Assembly (NCBI GenBank): GCA_964035545.1
Contig: CAXIUT010000082.1
Coordinates: 1 to 8,317, forward strand
Source: Bugula neritina
Lineage: Eukaryota > Animalia > Bryozoa
Reading direction: 5' to 3'
DNA: 8,317 bases
Within the stretch, counting starts at the first letter, position 1. Each line of letters begins with the position of its first letter. Shown piece after piece: positions 1 to 8,224 of the stretch. The translations under genes and the position numbers were made by a program. The notes beneath the pieces are model-generated. The model saw only the letters and a list, made by a program, of their open reading frames with translations, did no database searches and was not told the origin of the DNA.

Positions 1-1221
1 ATTTTTTTAAGAAGAGAAGTTCGCTCTTATAGGTATTTCTTTTCTTTTTCATTAAAATTTTATCTTAATTTTTTTTATCTATCCTAGAAATCATTTGAAG
101 AGATATTTTTTTCAAATAACATCTTTTGTTTCTAATTTTAAGAAGCATACATTTTTTCAGTTAATATTTTAATTTGTTCTTTACAACTATGCTATCTGAT
201 TTCAACTCTTTTTACAGCATTTTAATAACTTAATTTCTCCTATTATACCTTCTATTTAGTTTGTTTTAACTGTATTGTAAGCTATCTATTTGCTCTTTCT
301 AAAATTTCAAGTTTTGAAGAAACTGTTTTCAACTAAAGTTATAAATTTTATATTTTTCGTGAAGCCTATCTTTCTTATTTTTACAATTCTATCACTCTGA
401 TTGCCTTTGAATTTAATTCAGATTAAATTATAGATAATTTGGTTTTTCCTCCTTATACTTCTCTTTACAGGCCAAAAATCTTCTAATTATCTGAACTTTT
501 TTATTTCTCAGAGTTATAATAATCATCAAGTAAACTATAACGATGTTAAAGTTATTTCTTTTTATTTATTCTTTGATTTGCTACTGTTTGTTTTCCAATA
601 ATTGATTCCTATAATTGTGACTTTCTGGTTCTTGCACTTGGACTAACTCTAAATTGATAATCCATATTTCTTGAAGGACTTTGTCTTCTACCGAAAACCT
701 AACTAGATCTGATATATTAATTGCTTCTGCTTGGAAAAATAACTTTTTCTATGATACTTTAAGCTTGTCCTTCTTGTTTTTTTTCTAAACATTCGAAGAA
801 ATAGTTGTATTCAATGAAAGCATTTTTATCAGGACATTTATCTATGCGGCACATTTAGTGTTTGCTAAAAGAACTCATTTGGTTTAAAGGGAGTTGAACA
901 GTTCCTGCTGGTATTCTCCCGCTGGATGATTTTAAATATATCAATAAAGAACACTTAATTACTTCATAGTTACTTTTTTATCAGACGAATATGCTGAATT
1001 TTTACCAAAGTTTAGTGATATATTGTCAATAAAACTGAAGTTCATTGTTGCTTCTCCATTTTTTAATTATGCTTAACCATAAATATCAGTCTACTTTCCT
1101 TCTAAGTGAGAAATAAAATACATATTTTAATGCTACATGATACTGTGCAAGCAAAACGAACTTTTAGTCTTATTTTTGTGATTATCAACTTCATTCTACA
1201 TATTGATTTTTCCTCAAACAT
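1..1221 (-). CDS. NT-C2-like (N-terminal C2) domain plus long coiled-coil protein. Exons 1221-1122, 1101-974 and 953-<1; the 3' end lies outside the window (~393 aa visible).
   Basis: ATG at 1221-1219. Removing two 20-nt GT..AG introns gives one TGA-free frame (TAR=E): MFEEKSICRMKLIITKIRLKVRFACTVSCSIKI/EGKETDIYGEAELKNGEATMNFSFIDNISLNF...DKK/CSLLIYLKSSSGRIPAGTVQLPLNQ...CRIDKCPDKNAFIEYNYFFECL. An E/K-rich heptad region follows (LERANRELTIQLKQTKEKVEEEKLSYEN...). The domain call rests on the alternating beta-strand pattern and the KCPDKNA motif and is an inference. Confidence 0.8.
954..973 (-). other. Spliceosomal intron, 20 nt (GTAACTATGAAGTAATTAAG)
   Basis: GTAA..AAG ends. Retention gives TGA at 943-941; removal (phase 0) links to the 953-nt open frame that runs to the window edge. 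Confidence 0.8.
1102..1121 (-). other. Spliceosomal intron, 20 nt (GTATTTTATTTCTCACTTAG)
   Basis: GT..AG ends and U-rich. Retention gives an in-frame TGA at 1044-1042; removal joins the ATG-1221 frame to the next open frame. Confidence 0.75.
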
Positions 1222-1340
1222 AGTTATAAATATATTTAAAATTTCTGTTTTTAAGAAATTTAGATCATAAAATGTTTTATTTCATGATTAAAATGAATTT
1301 ATTGATTTAGATCGAAACATCTAATTTATAATAATATTCA
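1222..1340. promoter_or_regulatory. 119-bp divergent intergenic region (putative bidirectional promoter)
   Basis: Very AT-rich spacer between ATG 1221 (-) and ATG 1341 (+). Its function is inferred from geometry only. Confidence 0.5.
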
Positions 1341-2042
1341 ATGCATTTTTCTACAATATGCAAAGACTCTCCTGAAACTGAATATTCTTCGAATCCATAA
1401 GACAATCTTCTCCTTTGTGCCTGCTAAGACTCTGCCTCTAACTACAACTATGGTGCCAAAATTATTTCAAAAGAACTTAAGGGATGGAGGCATCAATCTT
1501 AATCTTAAAGTCCGATAGTTGAAAAAAAAATCAATCAAACAACTCCAGTGAAGAAATTCATAATAACAAGTAGAGAAGGAGCAAAATCTTCTTTTTCAAG
1601 ATTTGCCTATGATAACAAAACTTTATTAAAGCAACAACTTAAACTATACTCTAAGAATGATCAATTAGATTCTCCTGTTCAAAATACTTCTTCTACTGAA
1701 CCAATGCTAAAATAACTTTCCGAACTTTAAAAGAAATAAAGTTCAGAAAAAATGAAAGAATTTTAGATCTACAAACCTTGGAATAAAGTTAAGAAAAGTT
1801 ATCTAAGTCGATTCAATAGATCAATAAGATCACTAACTCCTCAAGATAATATGAAAATTGACAAAAACGTGGAAGATTTGATTTCTAAAACAAATTTTAG
1901 TTTTAGATTAAAAAGTCATAAAAAAGTAGGAATATCAAATTATCCTTTGAATGTGATATTCCCTAAAAAGAATTCTTAAAGTAAGTTGAAATAAAAACTT
2001 GACTCTTATCTTCATTCCAGACTTAAACTTAAATAATTTTGA
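1341..2042 (+). CDS. Hypothetical 233-aa Ser/Lys-rich protein, probably largely disordered
   Basis: ATG at 1341 to TGA at 2040-2042 with no internal TGA (MHFSTICKDSPETEYSSNPEDNLLLCACEDSASNYNYG...LDSYLHSRLKLKEF*). It fills the gap between two AT-rich spacers. No domain recognised. Confidence 0.75.
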
Positions 2043-2128
2043 TTATACATTAATCTATCTTTATTGATTTTGAGAATATTTGATCTTAAATTATGAAGAA
2101 AGTTAATTAACTAAAAATTAAAGAATAA

Positions 2129-4960
2129 TCATTGTTTAGCTTGTTAATAACTTTGGTTCAAAAAGAGTTTATTATCGATCCAGTATCCAATTATTATTTC
2201 ACCAGATCTTTTGTAAAAGATGCCATTTCCTTAGATCATATCATGATCAAATAAGCCCTCAAACATTTAGCCATTTGTTAATTTAATATAACCTTTTCCA
2301 TGCTTAGAATCACTTTTAAATTATCCATCATAGTAAATCCATTTATTACTTAATTAAGAGAAATCTTTGTAGTTAAACTATTAGCTGAATGTGACAGGCT
2401 ACATGTTATAGACTCTACCTTGTCCATTAAATTAATCATTTTACCAATGCCCTTCGTAAGCTATCATTCCATTTTAATAATAAAGTTTACCAAAACCATT
2501 CATCTTGTCATCTTTCCATTCTCCTTCATAATATCCTCCATCTTTAAAATACAAAATACCATGACCATTTCGCTAATCATTGCATTTGTAACCTTAATAT
2601 CTGCCTCTTTATGGAATTTCCTATCGAATATATTCGAGTTTTTATTTATATTATTCATATTGGAGTTTATTAGTAAATCCTGGATTTGAAAAAGATGCTT
2701 AGTTTTAAAGTTACGGTTTCTTGCTTACTGAGTAACTAACTACGCTTTAAGCGTTAAAAGCAGGTTTTTATCTAACTTTAGATGCTGAAGATGGCTTAGA
2801 GAAAGGGGATTAGTGAGATGGAAAAGCTGCAGAGTTTGTAAAAGAGCTGATAGGAAGAGGATTTGGAGGCATAAAAGTCATGTTAGAAGGAAAAACTTGA
2901 GGAGATTGACAATTTTTAGCTAATGAATCAAGTTAAGTATATCTTTTATTAACTTAACTATGAGTTTGACTGATATTTTTTTTTAGCTAAAGAGGAATAT
3001 TAGAAAGATCATCATCAGAATATTTACTATTTGATTAATGAGGAATATGTTTCTTATAAATAGGAAAACTAGTTCCTTTATTGACCTACCCTTGAAATTG
3101 AGAAGATAAAGGTTCTTTGATGATATTATCTTTTTCTTTTTTATTGAATAAATCTACTTTTCCTCTTGTTTGGGAACTTTTAAGCATTATATTGTAGACT
3201 TCAGGTATTTAATGACTAAATATAGGCTACTTGCTTTTAGGAATTTATACTTCAGATTTTTTAAATTGATCTGGTTTGTGTTTTGGATCGCTCGGGATAA
3301 AAGGACTTGCTTTAGTTGCAGAAAATGGTATAAATTTTTATTTATTTGACTATCCTTTTTAAATTTCTTTGGATCCAACTTTAATTGAATCTATGCTTTT
3401 CGATCTTTCATAGAGATTAAAAGATTTTCTAAAATTTTAAAACTGATTCACAGGAATGCCTTGATGAGGAGAATGAGATTGACTTGGTGATTGAAATTGA
3501 TTTGTTTGCAAAACTTTATTTGATTGAACTGATTAATTAAGCGGGACAGGATTTGGTTGGATAAACTGGTTGTTTGATAACTGTTGTACTGGTTGATTAA
3601 CTTGAACTGGTTGAGGTGTTTGAATTGGTTGAGTTATTTGTAAAGGTTGAGGATTTGGTTGAATTATTGGTTGAGGTTGAGGAAATTGTATCGGCTGAAC
3701 TGATAGTAGAGGATGATTTGTTGGAATATTTGATTGAATACTTCGATAGTTTTGATTGAAGGCAATTTGTTTTTGATGGATTTGTTGATGTACTTGTTGT
3801 TGAGGGATATATATTTGATTGGATTGAGCTAAAGGAATTTGTTCAAAGTTTCCATTATGACTTTGATAATAAGGTTGTTTTTTGGGAGATTGATTGAACC
3901 TTTCATCAATAGCTTGGTGTTGAACTATATTTTGTTATTCGACTTTAACTACAGCTGCCTCTTGTACGATATTTGCCTTTTTGTTGTTATCAACCAATTA
4001 TCTTTAAACTTTTTTATCTTATCTTTAAATGATTTGCCTTTATCGAGAAATTTAATGAGATTTGATATTTGATTCTGTTTCAAGAGTATAATCATCTGTA
4101 ACATGATTACATTTTTCAACTCTTTAGATTATTTGCAAAAAATTAGGTCTAGTCTTAGAATCAACTCTAAGCATTTATCCTAAAATAGATGTTAAATTTG
4201 ATGTGTAACGTTCACCTACTCTTTTAATTAACTCAGGTATCAAGTTCAAATTTGTATTACGACTTTGAGGATCATATAAATAGTTAGTTGATAGTAAAGC
4301 TAAGTCTGTTACTATCATACCAAGGATGAAAATATCTGATTTTTCTTTATCATAGTAGAAGAAATTTTGATCTTCTAGACAATTCATAATCTATGGAGAT
4401 AAATGAACTGATATTTATCCATGTTATTTGGTCCTCATAGCCTAAAGATGGTTCTTTTCAAGTCCAAACAATAGAGGTTCTGATATTTTGACAAATCCAT
4501 CTTTGTTAATAAAAATTTGATCTGCAGTTAAACATTCGTGACTTACTCCTCCACTATAAAGTGATTGAAGACCTGTACAACAACTATAGAGAATACTCCA
4601 TAAATCACTTTATTGAAAAGGAACTAAGGTATTATTTTTTGTTCTTTCTTCAAGTTACTGAGATGTATTTTTAAAGGAATATTAAAGAACAAGAAACATT
4701 TTGTATTGAATAGAACATATAAAATCTTGTTGTTTTTATTTTATTTCGACAAGAGAAAGCAAGTGATTGTTTTTTATTTGAGCTCGACTTTCTAGAAGGG
4801 TTTTAAGCCTTTCCATATCTGTTTGATTGATACAACTGACTATTCTCATGAGATAGTCTTTTTCATCTTTTTTACTTCTCAGGAGAGCATTACCATTATC
4901 TTATATTTTTTTAATCTAGAACTCTTCTTATATTTTTTCTTTTGATTCTGTTTTTCCCAT
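2129..4960 (-). CDS. 943-aa protein: N-terminal protein-kinase-like (probable pseudokinase) domain, Q/P-rich low-complexity linker, C-terminal MORN repeats
   Basis: ATG at 4960-4958 to TGA at 2131-2129, 944 codons, with no intron required. Kinase-fold landmarks are LVLEY, PFQESDLWSIL, HECLTADQIFINKDGFVKI, HLSPE, KSDIFILGMIV and MLRVDSKTRPNF. MORN units include GGYYEGEWKDDKMNGFGKLYY. The supplied ORF 4175..4387 is an in-frame fragment. Confidence 0.93.
2165..2605 (-). repeat. MORN repeat region (about 5 full repeats plus one partial) within the pseudokinase gene
   Basis: GRYEGYKCNDERNGHGILYFKD / GGYYEGEWKDDKMNGFGKLYYEN / GMIAYEGHWENDEFNGQGRVYN / [insert] / IYYDGEFKSDSKHGKGYIKLTN / GEMFEGLFDHDMIEGNGIFYKRS / GEIIIGYWIDNKL match the MORN consensus Y-x-G-x-W/F-x(5)-G-x-G. 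Confidence 0.9.
3536..3934 (-). repeat. Gln/Pro-rich low-complexity coding tract (PQP/VQP/IQP degenerate repeats)
   Basis: Translates as ...IPQQQVHQQIHQKQ...VQPIQFPQPQPIIQPNPQPLQITQPIQTPQPVQVNQPVQQ... It appears on the + strand as TTGA/TTGG-rich sequence. Confidence 0.9.
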
Positions 4961-5034
4961 TGAATAAATTTATAGATAAACTATTGTTATATTAAACTAT
5001 TTTATAAAGATAATTATATTCGGTCATAGAATAA

Positions 5035-6987
5035 TCAAAGTTGGCTTGTCTTTTTTGATTCTTGATTTCTAAGCAATCTTTCTCCTAAGCTATCCTAAGA
5101 TAGAATAGTACTATTATTATTCTTAACAGTAGATTCTGTATCAGAAACTGTCTCAGCTGCGATATTTTAGGCTATTTTAGCTGGTCTATCTTTTTTCTTT
5201 AAGAAGGCAGTGAACATTAACTTTTATAGCTTTGAAAAGGGTACTTCAACGAGCATTGTTCCTAAAAATCCGAAAAAGACACTGATAATGGCAATAGAAA
5301 AGAAGAGAGGAATCACTGTGACTTGTGTGTAATAAAAATCTACTTTTTATCCAAAACAGACTCTTTCTACGATCATGAAGTGGCAAAGATAGATCCAGAA
5401 AGATATTTTACCAGTAAAGTTGAAAAATTTAGTATCTAGAACAAAGAAAGCTAGTGTTGGTATTTCCAAAATTGTAGGTAAAATAAGGAAGTATATACCT
5501 ATTGTGAAGGATAATTTTTAGATAGATAAGTATACTCCATGAGCCCAATAAGGCCATGTATTACCTAATTGCATATCATGAGGTATCATTATTGTTACAA
5601 CCATAAAAGCTAAACCGAATATTTGACTGAGCCATGCAATCCATCTTCTTATTAACATTTGATTTCTAATTCTAACAAAAATATTAGCATTTGCTATCTC
5701 ATCTTAAGGATCATCTTTTAGTTTTTTTCTTTTTTAAAGATACTACATATGAAGTAGTCCAAGCACTAATCCCAATAGATATGGTGGACATCTGATCCAT
5801 GGTTTTATGTAAATATTAGTAAAATACTAATTCCACTTGATGAAATCAATAAGGTGAGTAACTTGTTTTATTTATCTATCAACTACTTCGTAAATATTAA
5901 GTCCTATGCCAAGACATATCATAGCTATGATAGCTAGATATCCAATAATTCTATTCTTTTTGTATAAGAATATAAAAAGTAGAGAAAATATAAATATCTG
6001 CATATCATTTTGCAGATACCATCCCCATGGAACACACATCGTTTACCCATTGTTAACTAGGTTATCGACAAAGAATATAGCTCTCCAAGCTGTTTCGCAA
6101 TAAGGTATTTGACCTAATGTCATATTTTATTTCCATAGAGGTCCGCTTCCTGTATGAATATGAACAGAATAATAGATCATGATGAGCATGATATAACTTG
6201 GCCAAAATCGAAGGATTCGATGAACGATAGCCATTGGATATTTCAAAATACTTTTTGATTTTTATCTCATGAAAGAATAAGCTACTAAAAATCCTCCAAT
6301 GAAAAAGAATACATCAACTGCCAGAAAGGCTCCAGTTACAAAGCAGAAAAATGTTTATTAAACAATTGAAGGGATTCCTGCGATATTAACATCATATTTA
6401 AGTCTTACTGAGAATAAATGACCGAAAGCGACCCAAAACATGCACATTGTTTTTATTCCATTGAATATATTTAAGTAGTTATGTTTGTAGTTAAATATTT
6501 TTAGTGATTCTGAGTAATCAAAACTTTGTATGATTTTATCAGGAATATTTTTTCTTTATTTTTTTCTTATCGCCTTTCCTCTCCATAATGCAAAAATACC
6601 CATGAGAGCTAGTAATATTAAAAGAATTATTGTAAAATAAAACCATCCAGTTTTGTCATAAGTGTAATCTTGAGGGTTAACATCAACTGATCCAACAGCT
6701 AATGGAGCTCCTAGAACTGCTTGAATTATTTGACTATTGTTGGCTAATTGAACATTCATAACTTACTGAATGTACTATTTAGAACATTATGAAGGAAGAC
6801 ACAATCCCATGAAAAGTGTGGCATTTGCTTTTGTTTTGTTGTTGATGAAGTTAGCCATGTAGTAACTTGAATTGTATGGTAGCTAGACACAGTCATTGAA
6901 ATAGCCCATTTGACCGAAGAAGTGTCCTGAGTACTATGCATACTCAAGATGTTGTTAGGCTAAATCATTGCATATATCGCCTTACAT
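5035..6987 (-). CDS. NRF-domain / acyltransferase-3 (OafA/NRF-6-like) multi-pass membrane O-acyltransferase, ~650 aa
   Basis: TGA-free frame ending at TGA 5037-5035. NRF-like Cys motifs are YSGHFFGQMGYFNDC and MGLCLPSECS. AT3 motifs are LNIFNGIKTMCMFWVAFGH (R/K-x10-H), AVDVFFFIGGFL, HRILRFWPSY, GSGPLW, CVPWGWYLQNDMQ, YIKPWIRCPPYLLG, GKISFWIYLCH and VEVPFSKLEK, with many hydrophobic segments. The start is uncertain: ATG 6987 is preferred, and an in-frame ATG also exists at 7092. Confidence 0.92.
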
Positions 6988-7149
6988 CAAATAGATTTAT
7001 TATTATTATTCATTATGTTAGAAATAAAAAGAAAAACTTTAATATTATTTCTAAAACGATTAAAAATACTTAACTAAGTTCGATTTAGTCATTTTTTACG
7101 GATAAATATCTTAAGTGAAATTATTTTATTAATAATATCGTTAAATTAG
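6988..7149. promoter_or_regulatory. Divergent intergenic region of up to 162 bp (putative bidirectional promoter)
   Basis: AT-rich spacer between the acyltransferase start (-) and ATG 7150 (+). Its function is inferred from geometry only. Confidence 0.45.
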
Positions 7150-8184
7150 ATGATGTCGAAACAAGTTGCAAATAAAAGCAGCAAGAAGTCTGTTCCATCT
7201 CCTCGTACTTCATTTCGAAATATCAAAACAAGTAAAATAACAAAGCAGATGTAGCAGTTGGCAAGTATAAATTAAAATTTATCATAATCTTTGCTGATAG
7301 GAAAGGAAAATAAATGTGAAAATATAACTTAGCTATGTGTTACTTCTCACTAATCTTTTATTACTGAAAATTAATATAAAACTAATAGAACATATTCTTA
7401 AGATTCTTAACAGCTAGAATATTTGCTTAATAAAATACAAAAACTTGATGATTAACTGAGAAATCAGAAAATAGCCTATTAGATCTTATAAATAAAAAAT
7501 AATGAAATTGAATAAATCAATTTTGGTTTAAAAAGATAGAATCGATAATTAAAAGAATAAATTCTGGTATTGAAAGATCAATCTATTTTAGTGATTAAAA
7601 GAGAATAATAAGACGCAAAGGCAAAATCTTTTTAATAATTTAATGAATAATATGATAAATAGTTTTAAAAGAAAATAACAGTAAATAAAGAAGAGATTCC
7701 TATGCTTATGGAATTACATAATTAAAATTTTAAACTTTTAAATAAAATATTCTAATTAACAGTTTCAAATAAGTCACAATAGACTCAATCTATTCAGACT
7801 GATAATAAATAGATATCTCAGAAATCTGTGCAGGTTGATAATAACTATTTAACATCTTTATCATAATTCCTTCATAAAAATAAAATAAATAAAACTCCCG
7901 AATCTATATTATCCAATTTTGAAGATTGGATAGAAGGATATTTATCAACTTAAGTTAATATGAAAATAATCCCTTTGAAATGTTAAGTTGAGTTATTTAA
8001 TTAGCTTTTGACAAAAAATAAAGAACAGCATTTATAAAAAGAAAGTCGTCTTTAAAATTTACTTAATTCTGCTCAAAAGACAATAAAGCATTTGATGGTT
8101 GAAATGAAAAAGTTTTAGCAGGCTTCAAGATAGAATTATTCAAAATATTTATAAGTTTTAAGGCGATAAAAGAAATAAGAATGA
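7150..8184 (+). CDS. Hypothetical 344-aa coiled-coil protein, the last gene before the telomere
   Basis: ATG ATG at 7150 to TGA at 8182-8184 (followed by a second TGA), with no internal TGA over 345 codons: MMSKQVANKSSKKSVPSPRTSFRN...QLEYLLNKIQKLDDELRNQKIAYEILEIKNNEIEEINFGLKRENRELKEEILVLKDQ...YLEVLRREKKEE*. It is absent from the supplied ORF track because of the many TAA/TAG codons. Confidence 0.85.
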
Positions 8185-8224
8185 TGATAAATTGATTTTA
8201 GATGATATTTTAATTTAAAATAAT

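Noticed and set aside
941-1121. Programmed ribosomal frameshifting in gene 1
   Set aside because: Both frame changes are explained exactly by canonical 20-nt GT-AG introns, which is more parsimonious pending cDNA.
2420-2689. Supplied + strand 89-aa ORF
   Set aside because: Antisense shadow of the MORN-repeat coding region on the - strand.
3187-3378. Supplied - strand 63-aa ORF
   Set aside because: Out of frame with the continuous 4960-2129 CDS that contains it, and it has no recognisable motifs.
3540-3830. TTGG/TTGA-rich + strand tract as an internal telomere-like repeat or CRISPR-like array
   Set aside because: It is the reverse complement of CAA/CCA/CCT codons (Gln/Pro) within a CDS, with no fixed repeat-spacer structure.
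3839-4072. Supplied + strand 77-aa ORF
   Set aside because: Antisense to the pseudokinase linker.
5906-6103. Supplied + strand 65-aa ORF
   Set aside because: Antisense to the conserved acyltransferase core.
6756-6947. Supplied - strand 63-aa ORF
   Set aside because: Alternative frame; the NRF motifs (GLCLPSECS) are in the frame continuous with 6987-5035.
2129-6987. Standard ciliate code (UAR=Gln) or a split code (UAA=Lys, UAG=Glu)
   Set aside because: TAA occupies Glu-conserved sites (LVLEY, YEG, FxExxLW, LEK), and the Gln-rich tract contains no TAR.
6997-7011. (TAT)n microsatellite
   Set aside because: Only about four units in an AT-rich spacer, which is expected by chance.
1-8184. Interpretation as pseudogenes riddled with stop codons
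   Set aside because: The interruptions are only TAA/TAG, never TGA in the spliced frames, and they fall at conserved Glu positions. This indicates recoding rather than decay.
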